Positions 12,001 through 24,514 of a DNA stretch of 64,000 bases are shown here, piece by piece. The DNA is from Picochlorum sp. SENEW3. Its lineage: Eukaryota. The DNA is taken from NCBI GenBank assembly GCA_034226945.1, contig CP120457.1:372001-436000 (forward strand). The letters are read 5' to 3'. How positions within the stretch are numbered: position 1 is the first letter of the stretch; each line of letters starts with the position of its first letter. The position numbers and the translations under genes were made by a program. Under the pieces are notes generated by a model. It was not told the origin of the DNA. It searched no databases and saw only the letters and a program-made list of their open reading frames with translations.

Positions 12001-14840
12001 TCGTTACCTTTGTACGAGGTATGACTCAAATCACCCCCAGGAACAACACCTGCAATGGAAACAATCGAACAAATACCTGCAGTTACGGTAGAGGGCACCA
12101 AGGCACTGGGTTCGGGCGCATTATACTCCAATGTCTGACCAGAGACACTGCAGATATACTCCGATATTTCCCTAATAGTGGGATAGTCAAAAAGCAATGT
12201 TCCTGGAAGATCCTCACCAACAATGGCTTCGAGACTGGAGACCAACTGCACAGCCATTGTTGAATTCACTCCCATGCTCATCAGAGGTGCATCCACGTCG
12301 GGATTATCTTCGGATATTGCCTCTGAGATGATATTTTTGACGGATTCAATCACTTGACCTTGCATCTGCACATTGGAAATCCTTCCTTTGTTAGATGAAT
12401 CTTTAGCAAATACACGTACCTTTGAAACACCTCTTGCAGTTGGCATCGACTCTGGCATCTGATCGAGAGATAACTCCTTTTCAAAATACTCAACAAGTTC
12501 GTTGAGAGTTGGATAATCAAATATGACTGTCCCTGGGACACTGATGCCCAGGTTCTCCTCAAGAGCTCCTACAACTTGGACTGCCATTGTTGAGTTAACA
12601 CCAGCTGACATAAATGGCTCTCCAGACGAGAGCTGCTCTACCACATCTTCTTGGAGCATCTTTGCCAAAGCTCCCAGGACAAGCCCGCGAATGTCTCGCT
12701 GAGGATGCTCAGCAGCTCCCACTTCTTCTGTGGATGAGTACAGTATGGCAGCAAATGGTGGCACCTTTGTCCTGGCAGCCGACAATGCTGTCCTCACAAG
12801 CCTGTCATTCTCACACTCAAACAAAGACGTTGGCAAGCACAGAAGAACCACATTCGCACTTGGCAGCAATGCCTTAAGCCTTAGCGATGCTTCATGGTCT
12901 GGTTTACTCAGGCAAAGTACAACCACGTCCTGAATTCCAAGGTGACCAAGATTTTCCAGTACGCACCAAGATGCTGCCAAGGATTGTACCACCAAGACAT
13001 AAGATGCGCCTTGAATGACACGTGGGCCAAAAGTGGACATGTCAGACTGCAGGTCAATTTGTTCCAAGCTGCCTCCAGCCATCTTTGCGATATATTTCAC
13101 CATGTCTGAGAGTCCCTTGGGAGCAACGAAGCTGGTTTTAGATGAGGAAACCTCCACCGGCTTGTCAGCTGAAAACATTTTTCTCAACTCGGTTTTCAAA
13201 ATTTTCCCAGACCCTGTCGTCGGAAGAGCGTCCACAACATGCACGGTAACTGGCACCTTGTACTCTGCTAGGCGCTCTCTGCACCACACGACCAAATCTT
13301 TCCCAAGAGTGGAGCTAGTCACTTCCGGCTTGACTGTAATAGCAGCGGTAACGAGCTCCCCCATAACCTTGTTCTCAACCCCAAAAACAGCAGCCTGGTG
13401 CACAGCTGGATGACTGTGGAGAACATCCTCAACCTCTGTCGTGTAGACATTTTCACCCCCAACAAGAAGCATGTCTTTCTTCCTGTCAACCACACTGAGG
13501 TAGCCATTGGGGTGATGAAGAGCCAGATCTCCAGTATGGAACCATTCGCCATCGAAAGCGTCGTCATTTGCTTCCTTCAAACCTCTGTATCCTGCGAAAA
13601 CAGTTGGTCCAGAGATAATCACCTCACCAATACTCTTGCCATCCTGAGGAACATCCTGCAGTTTTTCGTCCACAATGCGAACATTGATCAGCTCGAAAGG
13701 CCTTCCACTGGTGCATACAAGATCCAATTGCTGCTCTGGTGTCAGAGAATCCTTATCCTCGGGCAGAATACTCATAGAAATCTTTCCACAGCACTCTGTC
13801 ATTCCATACGAGACAAAAAACTCACACCCAAACAAAGCAATGGCTCGCATGACAATCGACTTTGACTGGGGAGAACCTCCACATGACAGCAGCCTGAGAG
13901 CAGAAAAGTCCACAACATCAGCAAGGGGGTTGTTCACCATCATCGCAACCATCGTTGAAGCAACGTTTGCAACTGAAACGCATTCTGATTCCATCATAAT
14001 CAATGCATCAGATGCAGAGAATACAGGCATGGTGACATGCCTGCCTCCAACCAAGGTGATTGCATATATAGCAAACACATCAACCAAATGAAACATTGGA
14101 GCCATGTGGCCCCACACATCCAATGAATTCAACTTCATTTCCTTCACAGTACCAATCGCATGATACACAACTATACGATGGCTCAACTCAACAGGCTTTG
14201 GTTTTCCAGTTGTCCCAGATGTATAATACAAATGAAACGTGTCATCCAAAGAGCTTTCAGGCATATCAGCAAGTCCAATAGCTGATCCTTTGGATGCAAT
14301 GCACTTGTCAAACTCATAGCCCATATCTGATTCCTCCTGTGGCTGCTTGACCTCAGAGTCAACATGAACCCACACCATGTCCAAACTGGATCCAGTTTGT
14401 CCAATGACAGCAGCGCGTGCTTCAATCAAAGCAGACGCGACTCCAGTATCAACGAAACACATTGTAGCTCTAGAATCCAAGAGAATGTATTCCAATTCTC
14501 TTGCAGCCAGGTTGATATTGAGATTGACAATGACAAGATGCAATGCTGCAGCTGCAAAGTGAATTTTCATCACAGCACTGCTATTACGGCAATGAACGGC
14601 AATCGCATCTCCTCTTCTCAATCCTTTCTCATGCAACCACGAGGCTAATGCAGTTGCCTCCTGAAAAAGCTCTGCGTACGTCAGGATTGAGTCATTTCCC
14701 CTATCAACAACAGCAATAGAGTCAGGGAAATGAATCGCAGCCAATTCCAAAATATGCCATGTATCATAATTACATGGAACATCCGATTCCGTAGCAGATA
14801 CACTCTGGGAGGGCTTGAGTTGCCCTGCCCCTGCCATCAT
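1..14840 (-). CDS. Giant modular type I polyketide synthase, trans-AT type, with N-terminal adenylation (acyl-CoA ligase-like) loading domain; truncated at its 3' end by the window edge
   Basis: ORFs 11382..14840 and 7659..11378 join through GT-AG introns 11345..11416 and 7635..7702. The third exon (7634 down to 1) stays in one frame wherever I translated it; it is presumably missing from the ORF track because it has no stop in the window. Motifs: A domain YTSGTTGKPK/SYGMTE/WFHTGD; two ACPs GVNSTMAVQ; KS1 DTACSSS/HGTGTPLGD/GHAEPAAG; DH1 HVVLGRVLLP; ER1 GINFRDVL/HASAGGVG; KR1 GGVGGLG/YAAAN; ACP GLDSLG (~7470); KS2 DTACSSS (~6740), HGTGTGLGD; DH2 DHKVLDQILFPG; ER2 (~3800-4740); KR2 TGGLGTLG/YSVAN; two ACPs GLDSL (~2845, ~2595); KS3 ETACSSS; DH3 DHKVINRILVPG; start of KR3 (LWGLMRSINLE). 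About 4900 codons lie in the window. A short extra first exon at ~14945..14998 is possible. Confidence 0.95.
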
Positions 14841-15730
14841 GCACTAGACCGACAAAGACCTTTCTGTGCAACAAGACAAGAACACGAACGGTTCGATTAC
14901 TATACACTTCTACTTTTTAATTTTTTTTCCCTATTTTTCTATACGTGTGGTATCTGATGTCTGATCGCGTGTCTCACCACTGCAAACACCATGGACATGT
15001 TTAGGACCCTCCACACACACTGTGACTGATAACAACAGCGCCGCTGCAGTCAACGCAGACGTCCAACGCTACCCACTCATTCCCAACCCACAACGGATAC
15101 CATTAATTAAACATTTCTATCTATTTTAAATTCAATTCACACCGCCACGGTCCCCATCATTCGCTTTCTGACGAGTGATCTCCCCGGACATGGACCGCAT
15201 TCGAAGACCAAGTCAACTCCTAAACCTCAAATCCTCCCCATACCAAAATTTTCACCACAGTCCCAGAAATAAACACAGAATAGGTATAAAACAGATAATA
15301 CATGATTCTGATTGCAACATGAATCACAATAAAAACCGGCCCCAGAGTCTCGTCTGACGACGCAGTGGAATGAAACATACACCGACGTCAATCACTCACG
15401 CACCTAGACAATTGTATATCGGATGATACTAATCACCAATTTGAGTATCAGAATCAGTAGTGGCTCGGTCCACGGTGAGAGCCGGAATTTCAAACATACG
15501 TCAATCAATATCCTTTGGGCGCCTTCGAGAATGTTGAGGCCACCATTGACTCGGCATTTGACAGGACTACCCAGGCACGCAACCCTAGGCAGGATCGGGC
15601 CCCATCAACCACATCACCAATGGGATGATACGAGCGTCCAGGCTATATGCCTTGCTGATGCCCCCATCCATCAGCATCCTCAATTATTTCTATTATTTAT
15701 TCCCCATACTGAGAAATAGATATCTAACTC

Positions 15731-16075
15731 ATGGCGAGTAGGAGAGGAGGAGGGCTGTGTCGTCGATTGCATTCCCTCTTGTCTCAGCAGCAGCAGCAGA
15801 ATGGAGTCGTGAGTCAGGTTCGATCGACAGCAATAAAGCGAGGAGGAGGATCAAAAGAAAGCTTTTTCTCAGAGGGAAAGAACGACCCTGGGGGTTTACT
15901 GTTCAACGAATCTCCACCGGCGGATGGAGTCAGACAATGGGAGTCGTGGGAAGCTCCGTGGTACTTTGCCATTGGAGCTGCAACTGCAATACTAACGATT
16001 GGATTATCAGCCAAACCAGATACCAGTCTCGTAGCATGGGCTGAGAGGGAAGCTCTGGCGCGAAGGGAATCATAA
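15731..16075 (+). CDS. NDUFB11: Mitochondrial complex I subunit NDUFB11/ESSS-like
   Basis: Arg/Ser-rich presequence, GLLFNE-x-PP, WESWEAPWY, one TM helix, then KPDTSLVAWAEREAL; this matches the plant/algal ESSS pattern. Confidence 0.8.
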   Translation: MASRRGGGLCRRLHSLLSQQQQQNGVVSQVRSTAIKRGGGSKESFFSEGKNDPGGLLFNESPPADGVRQWESWEAPWYFAIGAATAILTIGLSAKPDTSLVAWAEREALARRES

Positions 16076-16156
16076 AAGTGACAAACACCTGACTGATTTG
16101 TTCATGTACACAACAATAGAATAGAATGTTACCAACAAAAGTAATAATACGCATCA

Positions 16157-17041
16157 TCATGCAGTCGTAGCTATATCGCCCTCCCCTTTGGCTGCTACAA
16201 GCTGTTTAATCTTACTGATGGCGACGGATGGCTGCAGATGCTTTGGACACACGGCAGTGCAGTTGTTGATTGTGTGACATCTGTACAACTTGTACTGGTC
16301 ATCCAAATCTGCGAGCCGCTGCTCGGTGAAATCATCTCTACTATCAATGATCCATCTATACGCGTTCAGTAGAACGGCTGGGCCAAGATATTTATCCGAC
16401 GCCCACCAATAGGATGGGCATGATGTGGAACAGCAGGCACACAGGATGCATTCATACAGTCCATCCAGCTTTGCCCTGTCTTCTTTGCTCTGCAGATTCT
16501 CCTTACCAGGCTCTGGCGGAGTCGTTTTCTGTAGATATGGCTTGATACTTTTATACTGTGCGTAAAAGTTGGACATATCCACCACCAAATCCTTGACCAC
16601 AAACATGTGTGGGAGGGGGGCCACCCTTGACACTTTGGAGACGTCCTTCTCCACCCGAGTGAGGCATGCCAAGCCATTCGTTCCGTCAATGTTCATGGCA
16701 CATGACCCACAAATACCCTCTCTACAAGATCGACGCAGGGCCAGCGTGGAATCCTGTTCATCTTTAATCTTGAGCAACACGTCCAACATCATCGGGCCAC
16801 ACGAGTTCAGGTCAACCTTGTAACTCTCATATTTGGGTTTGTCCTCATTTTCTGGATCCCATCTGTATATTAAAAATTCTTTTTCTACCACGGGTTTCTT
16901 TTCCGTTCCAACGGAATACTGCTGCATGGATGAGTGCGTTACGCCTCTGAGTGACCAGAGACGTGAGTCGGACAAAAGCCCTCGTCGCTTGGAGACTGTT
17001 TGCAGTAATGATTGCATCCTTTCTAACAAAACATTCTTCAA
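16157..17041 (-). CDS. SDHB: Succinate dehydrogenase iron-sulfur subunit
   Basis: [36 protein letters not shown] and [15 protein letters not shown]e-S motifs; intronless. Confidence 0.98.
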   Translation of the reverse strand: MKNVLLERMQSLLQTVSKRRGLLSDSRLWSLRGVTHSSMQQYSVGTEKKPVVEKEFLIYRWDPENEDKPKYESYKVDLNSCGPMMLDVLLKIKDEQDSTLALRRSCREGICGSCAMNIDGTNGLACLTRVEKDVSKVSRVAPLPHMFVVKDLVVDMSNFYAQYKSIKPYLQKTTPPEPGKENLQSKEDRAKLDGLYECILCACCSTSCPSYWWASDKYLGPAVLLNAYRWIIDSRDDFTEQRLADLDDQYKLYRCHTINNCTAVCPKHLQPSVAISKIKQLVAAKGEGDIATTA

Positions 17042-17232
17042 TAGAAATGGACAAGGGTCTGCTGAGTGCCACGCTCGTATGTGTGATGCCTTGGCCCTAG
17101 GGTCTACCTATTGAAGAAGATGCTTGATGGGAGATGATTGTTCTTGGACAATTCATCGACATGGCGCCCCATCATGGATGCATGTTTCCTATTTCTTATT
17201 ACATACACTAAAAGGTTTATTATTAAAAGGCC

Positions 17233-18229
17233 AATGCTGCGACCATGGTGCATGCGTGGTGTGAGACTGGGTACACCATGCAGCAGGCATGGCTGGTCGA
17301 GCCAGTTGTTCTTCGATTCAGTACATTGCAGTGTGATGAGAGTATCCCACACGCAAACTAGAGTGAATTACAGTGGCTCTGTGGAAGGGCTGGTGTGTTG
17401 CTGCACGCATGGCGGTGAAGGTCCCATGACTGCAGTGGACACTTTGGTGGAACGTCTTGTTGAAGATCGGGAGCGAGGATATCGTGCCATCGATGCGTGG
17501 TTAGAAGATAATGATGTAACATTACGGGTTTTGCAGTATATAGAGGATTGTGTTGTGGCATGTGAGGATGAAGGGAGGAGGTATGCATTGGATATAGTTG
17601 GGGAGCGGTTGGCTGCCAGTCTTCTAGGGCTGTCTACATGTCTTGATGTGGGAGAGATACAGCGAGGTGAGGAGGAGATGGGTGAACGAGCCTCACTCGA
17701 TGGGCAGAGTGAGGAAGGAGTAGATGAAGGTTCCAGTGTGGCCAAAGGAGGAGTTGCTTCTGAACTGCAGTTGAGCACGCAAGGTATGCAATTGCTTCAG
17801 CAGCAAGCCGTGGCGTTGGAGGCGACCATAGGTATTCGAAAAGCGGAATCAATTGTACAAATTTTAGGCAGAAAGCGTGTGACTGATGATGACATGAAGA
17901 CAGTTGCGATTCCAGAGAAGGGTGATGCATGGAGAATACTGGAAGTTTTGGTGCAGGTGCAAGACAGGGTGGAGCGTCGAGATATGTTACATGAAGCATT
18001 TGTACCTATTGATGAGACTGAGGATGAAGAGTATGGGGAGGAGGAAGCATTGTCCACGACGCCTTTTGCATTGCTTCAGATTGTTCAGACATGTTTGGCA
18101 TCACAGAACGAGCTAGACAATATGTGTCGTGGTATTTCTGCCACATACTCGCATGATGATGTTGTACATGTGTTGGAAGAATTGAGGGAAGACATTATCG
18201 AATCAATCGATGGCAATGTATCATGTTGA
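17233..18229 (+). CDS. Uncharacterized, probably plastid-targeted protein (resembles the At4g37920-like family)
   Basis: Long ORF (17138..18229) with a transit-like N-terminus. RILEVLVQVQDRVERRDMLHEAFVP...LSTTP recalls the conserved C-terminal block of that family as I remember it. Start codon uncertain. Confidence 0.55.
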
Positions 18230-18278
18230 ACCCCACACATGATGTTTCAACGTGGTCCCAGATGCATGTATTACGTGT

Positions 18279-18717
18279 TCATGATTGCCTGTTTCCCTCA
18301 TCTGTATTATTATTATGTATACTATTTCTTTTCTGAAGGAACTTCTCTGCAACCTGATGTACAGCATCTCTACCGACAACAAGCAATCTGTTTATAACCT
18401 CTGGATCCTGTTCATATCTGGCCTCCTCAAACTCTTGTCGAGCACTCGCGCGAAGCACATCTCTCCTACAATATAGCCATTCCGCATGATGATGATGATG
18501 ATCGGTGTGCAAGATTGCTATAGCATTGATGCATGCAGACATACCATAAAACCCCCTGTTCATTTGGCCAGTCAAACAAGGCAGTGATTCTCATAATTTC
18601 TCGGTACAGTGATAATGCCTCTCGTCTCGTGGTTAGAACTTGTCTTCCTTCATCATCTTTTCGTCGAAAGCTTGTTTTATCCTGTAGATCACGGGTGGCG
18701 CTCAGGAGCCGAACCAA
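18279..18717 (-). CDS. LYR-motif (Complex1_LYR-like) mitochondrial protein
   Basis: ALSLYREIMR...W|RDVLRASARQEFEEAR...LLVVGR; intron 18466..18544 (GTATGT..TGTAG) restores the frame. The 5' end is uncertain and may have an upstream exon. Confidence 0.8.
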
Positions 18718-19224
18718 GTCTCACAGAGAATTTCTTTTTTCAAACACGTACCAAATTTGCTTCGATGATGTAGTCTATATTTGAATCGTTTGATGAATAT
18801 TGACGATATTCTTGAATTTCAGTATCTATTCCAGCGCTCCAAGGAGTGACAGGGAGCGTGTTCTCTAAGGAGCACCCAGGCTGCTGTCGTGCCCAAGGCC
18901 CTCCTCGTTGCCTGCATACCCTTACTACAACGGACGATAGCATGAATATTGATACTCTATGCCATACTAGTTGATGAAAAGAATTCAGATTAAGCAGCAG
19001 ACTTTTACAAAAATGAAAATGTACTTGTTGAAATGACCAATGCCATCTTTGTGGCAGAGGCGGATGCATAAAAATAAAGGCTTGATATTATTTTGTGAAA
19101 AATCTACTGCTGCACTCAACCAACTCTCTTTTGCTCTTTCTTGACGCTTGATCCAATCAGCGCTTTTATCGAGAAGAAAAATACAGAAACAAACTAAAGG
19201 GAAAAAGTGTAGAGAAAATAAACG

Positions 19225-20639
19225 CTAATTTTCCTTGATCATCTTGGCAGCGGGCATGTTTGTGGCATCTTCTGAATATTCGCCTTCCAACCGGTGCTTC
19301 CCCTGCTGGTTGTTCGCTATTACTGTCGCGATTTGATACACATCTGGATAGAAGGGATATGATTGAACAATGGCCCTGGCTTTTTGAAGAGGACTCAGGA
19401 TTGTCTTGAAAACAGTCCCAATAAACTCCACAGAGCACAAATGTTCCTCCTGCAGATTCGCTTTCAGCAATTGCGTCCCTTCATTCACCTTGAGTGTTTC
19501 ACAAATCACACTTTGGAGTGCAATGAGGCGTTCTGGGACAGCGACAGATCGAAGCTGGCTCAAAATCCTATGTCGTGACTCCATGATGTGTTTGATTCTT
19601 GTAGTAAATATGTCTTTGAGGGCCAGGATATGGGCTTCTTGGTCTTCTTGAAGCATCAGGCTCTCAGTCACTGACGTCCAAAATGATTTGTCATCGGCAG
19701 AAATGCCACTTCGACCTCCATCGAGAGTTGATGCGACCAAGTACTGCATATTGGTTGGATGGAGGATTGCACTCTGCATACACAACTGGCCTCCTTTATC
19801 CAGTGCAGCACAGATCTTTTTCACCACGTCCTCTCTGTCACCAGGTTTCGACGATGGAATACTGTCATAATGCACCAGCAAATTGCCGAGCTCCCTGACC
19901 AACTTTTTCCAGTATGATAAAAGTTCAGACCCAGACATTGTCTTGACTAACGAGGGATTGATAAGCTCCAAGGGCTTTGCATCCTGCTTGTCTTCCTCCA
20001 TCGCATCACCCTTCCTCTCATCAGATGTGTCCTGGAGCAACGCTGCAGCACTGTGATACTGCTTTCCAAGGTCAAACAATTGCTGCTCATCCTGCAACAT
20101 ACGGATGTGATCGTCTCGAAGAGACAACACCTTTTCAAGTATCTCATTCCTGTTCAGTAGAGTCGTATTCTCTTCTTTCAAACGACTCAATTCCTCATTG
20201 ATTTCTTCCAATTGACTGGTCATATCCTTCATTTTCGCCTTCTGCCGCTCTCTGAACCTCTTCTGTGCCCTCCTGTTCTTCTCTTGGATTGAAGAGTTGC
20301 GCTTTCCTGACCCATCCGCATCAGACATTCCGAAATCCGTCGGGATATCTATAGAACTGAATAAGTTAGCTGCCTCAGCAGGGCGTTGAGATCCTGCCTC
20401 TCTATTGGAAGAATCATGGAAGGTTGTATACAGCGAGGCTGCCGTGTCCATGGCATTGTTGGAGTTTGTCAAATAATCTGCGCAGAACCAGTGCCGAGGG
20501 TCAGTGTACCAACAATAATAATTATAATTGCACATTATAGCAGAAACATAACACGTCACGCACTCAGTAGCCGTTCAACGTCGATAGAGTCCATCTCGGG
20601 GGTAAAGCCAGGTCTCCCGTTTGAGATTCTGTTATCCAT
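19225..20639 (-). CDS. bZIP transcription factor (chlorophyte type)
   Basis: Basic region IQEKNRRAQKRFRERQK followed by heptad leucines. Predicted exon 1 begins at ATG 20639 and is joined by a GTGCGT..CGCAG intron (~20478..20563). Confidence 0.85.
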
Positions 20640-20923
20640 TGTGAACGTGTTTTTCTTTACAGATATCTACAATGATTCAAGAGAAATGGAGGATTTGAAC
20701 AATCCGGTCCCCAGTGGAGCACGCTCTACTTGGGAGAATCCTCGTGCAGAAAGGCGCGATTTCTGAGCATCGCGTATACGCTACGTAGCGTCATCAGTTC
20801 GTAATATACTGTAGGTATGATCCAGCGTATGGCATTGCCAGATTTCCCCTCGTGTCATGTCCCGTTCTCAGAGAACACTTCTTTATGATGCATGATGAAT
20901 CTCCATGTGTGTGTGTTACAGGA

Positions 20924-22431
20924 TTAGCACACGTGAGGAGGGGGCGCAGAGAGGGGAATTCCTTTCCTTTCAAATGTGTCTGTCATCCACAAGGCCTTTT
21001 CTTCATCAGTCAGAGGTTTGGTTTCTGTTGGTGCCTGTATGGTCCCGGGCGTGGCATTGCTATTATTCATCTGCAAACTTGGATTTATTTGACCAAATGG
21101 AGAGGCAGAACTAAATTGTCCAAAGCCTGATGAAGGCTGCGAGTTTGTTTGACCAAATGTTCCTCCAAATCCACTACCAGTACCTGCTGCTGCTGCTGCT
21201 GCTCCTGCCGCAGCGCCGAAAGGAGTCTGTGATCCTTGATTTATTTGACCAAATGGAGACACGCTGCTAGATTGGGCAGGCTGTTGCCCAAACGTTCCTC
21301 CAAAGCCACCGCCGCTACCTTGTGCTGACGCAGCTCCGAAAGGAGCCTGTGATCCTTGAGTCGCTTGACCAAATGGAGATGCAGTGCTAGATTGACCAAA
21401 GCCTGATGAAACTTGAGCAGGCTGTTGCCCAAATGTTCCTCCAAATCCAGTACTACTACTACTACCTGCTGTTGATGTTGTTGTTGCTGCTGCTGCTGCT
21501 CCAAAAGCATTTTGTCCAGCTTGACCAAAGGGAGATGCAGTGCTAGCTTGGCCAAAACTAGATGAAGCTTGAGCAGGCTGCTGCCCAAACGTTCCTCCAA
21601 ACCCACTGCCGCTACCTGGTGCTGATGCAGCTCCGAAAGGAGCCTGTGATCCCTGAGCCGCTTGACCAAAGGGAGATGCAGTGCTAGCTTGGCCAAAGCC
21701 TGATGAAGCTTGAGCAGGTTGTTGCCCAAATGTTCCTCCAAAACCACTACCACCTGCTGCTGTTGCTGTTGTTGCTGCTCCTCCTCCTCCTCCTCCAAAA
21801 GCATTTTGTCCTGCCAGACTTGCTTGACCAAAGGGAGATGCGGTGCTAGGTTGGCCAAAACCAGAAGAAGGCTGAATTCCTGTTTGGCCAAAAGATGCAC
21901 CCATGCCCTGTGCAGAATGCCCTTGGATCACCCAGGACATATTTTTAATCCCATCCATTCGCGCCATCATGGGCCGACCTTCTATACTAGGCGCCTGACG
22001 CCGGCGAGTCAAGCCCTGGAAGACATCTACCCGCTCCCTTGTAGCCTTCCTAAACTCGTCCTTGAGGGTGCTCACATGAACACCTTGCTGCAACGACAAC
22101 ATATTCGCATATCGAACTTCTTCCGGAGATATATCTCCAACGACATCATTGTCCTTTTCCCTTTGGTGCGCATACGACGTCAAATTCCATTTCGGTCGTT
22201 CATTAACAGACCTGTCGAATTTCACAGTCTCATACCAAGGCTCTTTCCTCGAGCCCCCCTGTCCCCTTCCAAACTGCTGTTGCTGTCTATGTGAGCTTCC
22301 CCATCCTCCCTATGGTATAATAAAAAGACGTGCGTAAGCAGTCAAGAAAAGTAGACACATGTGGAACGGAAGCACTTGTAAGCGTCCCAATCCAAGCATG
22401 CAGCACAGGTACGTACCTGATACGGAGCCAT
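20924..22431 (-). CDS. FG-repeat nucleoporin, Nup42/CG1(NUPL2)-like
   Basis: PKWNLTSY and DISPEEVR motifs, long SPFGQ/GFGGTFGQ repeats, and a C-terminal FERKGIPLSAPPP resembling the Gle1-binding tail. Exon 1 MAPYQ (22431..22417), intron 22310..22416. Confidence 0.85.
21080..21870. repeat. Coding minisatellite encoding FG repeats
   Basis: The motif ccaaa(t/c)gttcctccaaa recurs five times (~21153, 21287, 21429, 21585, 21726). gaccaaa.ggagatgc units and GCT/CCT trinucleotide runs lie between the copies. Confidence 0.85.
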
Positions 22432-22806
22432 CACATTATATCTAGTCAAGTATTATTTTTGATATGACTTGTATATCCTGCACACAATACATCCACGGCA
22501 AAATACATGTGTCTCCTTCATTAAAACATTTGGTACAATTTCCGTATATAAATATTAAAGTGAGGGGAAAAGTGGCGCCACCCGATGCCAACAAACACGC
22601 TCTTAGAAGCAATGGACATGACGGATCCCCCAATTGATTAAAACTTATAGAGATAAGAAGCATCTGTATAAGGAGGAAACCCCCGTGGGGATTGACGTGT
22701 GGCAGTCGAGTGCCTTGACGGTTGGAGAACGACCACCCTTGGTCACTCAAGCATATTCGCCAATTTGATTGTTTATCTAGATGTATATGCTATATATTAA
22801 AATATA

Positions 22807-24457
22807 ATGCCACCAAAGCTGACTTTACAAGTAGATACGGCCTCAATTAGGGCTGATCCTGCGGTCAAGGGAGGAGAGCAGGTGCGTTCGGTTGCGTCGT
22901 CGTGTTTCTGTTTTCTGTCTCATAGCCTTCTATATCATGTAGAATGAAGTTCCATCGATTGAAATAGGTTCCAATGGGACTCTGAAACTGATCAAATCGT
23001 ATCAGGCCTTTGAGTTCAATAATACTGGTATGAAGAGAAATGCAATAACGTCTCCTCTGGCGACTGGAGCGGCTACAATGCATCAGTCGTACCAGATATC
23101 TGAAAAGGATGTAATTTTCATGGAGACCTTGGGGCAAGGTGCCAGTGGTATTGTTCATAAAGCATTTTGGCCAGCTAAAGCAGAGTTTGTTGCAGTCAAA
23201 AAGATTAGTATTCTGGAAAGAGAGAAGAGGCACCAGCTGATGAATGATATAAAAGCGCTGTGCAATATACCCGATGTGAAAGGTTTGATTCGCTTTTGTG
23301 GAGCATATCATTGCGCCGATAAGGGCCAGGTTGCCGTTGCATTGGAGTACATGGATGCTGGTTCATTGGCAGATTTGTGTCAAGCAAAGGGCTGTGTGGA
23401 TCAGAATGTTCTCGCGGGTATTACCGAGCGGGTTTTGCAAGGACTTTCATACTTGCATAGCAACCATACGGTGCATCGGGATATTAAACCTGCGAACATT
23501 CTGCTGTCAACACAAGGAGAGGCCAAAGTATCAGATTTTGGAATCTCTGCATTTGTCGATAATACTTTAGCCCAATGCCATACATTCTTGGGTACAGTTA
23601 CATATATGTCTCCAGAAAGGATTGATGGCCAACCGTATTCATTTCCTGCCGATATTTGGGCCCTTGGTCTGACATTGCTCGAGTGTTGCACTGGTTCATA
23701 CCCATATGATGCCAGTCAAGGCACCATGCAGCTGATGATCCAATTGATGGAAGATGATTGCCCCTTACCAGATGTCGGATACAATGTCTCTCCGGCCTTG
23801 AGAGACTTTATCCAACGGTGTATGCATAAGAGTCCTATGAAACGAGCAACTGCAGTGGAACTATTACGGCATCCATTCCTCAAGCAAGCTGAAGGCGCTG
23901 ATTTGAAGGCATACATGGGGTGCATGTTTGTAGAAAATAGCCAGATTCACGATGCGGCTCTGATAATAACAACCAAATTCTACAATAACTTGAGCTACAA
24001 CTGGTCAGACAGTGATGTCACTGCATCCTTCTTTGATGCTGATGTCAGGTTAAGTAGCAGGGCAGCAGATGGATCATCGCAACCAGTCATGTTTAAAGGA
24101 CAATATACAGTCGCAGCGCATTTCCATGACCTTGTCAGGCAGATTGGACCAAAGGCGTCCTTCCGTGCATCCATGAAGAAGATGAGGTACAAGGAAAAGC
24201 AAGGGTCATACCTTGTCAACATTGTCCAGAGAGTAAGCATTTTTAATTCCCACACCAGTCCAGTCAATGAGCAATCTGCTATAGGTACCTATGAAGAAAA
24301 TCTAGTCATGGAGATCACGTCGATCAGCAGACTGAGTCCAGGGAAGAGCTTCCGATTCGTCTCCCAGGACATCTCGTGGTCAAAACCATTTGCTCAATCC
24401 ATGGGGGGAGGAGGACAAGTCACCTCACCATCCCCTGGGAAATGTAGACAGCAATAA
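22807..24457 (+). CDS. MKK3: MAP kinase kinase, MKK3 type (kinase plus C-terminal NTF2-like domain)
   Basis: GQGASG, HRDIKPAN, DFGIS, TFLGTVTYMSPER, and a C-terminal extension (FYNNL...FFDADVRLS) like NTF2. Exon 1 is 22807..22881 (MPPKLTLQV); intron 22882..22942 keeps the frame. Confidence 0.9.
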
Positions 24458-24514
24458 AATAAATTCTATAGAAATAGATTGTAAATCCGAGTGCGTTCCC
24501 CTGCTCGAACAACC

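Noticed and set aside
15420..15720. GC-richer stretch with AACCCTAG, considered as telomerase, SRP or RNase P/MRP RNA
   Set aside because: No full telomeric template or family-defining motifs; better explained as a divergent promoter with a telo-box-like site.
21080..21870. Regularly spaced repeats resembling a CRISPR array, and the Leu/Gln-rich ORF 21241..21900
   Set aside because: The repeats are degenerate, the intervening sequences are related to each other, and the region encodes nucleoporin FG repeats. The alternative ORF is an off-frame read. No cas genes are present.
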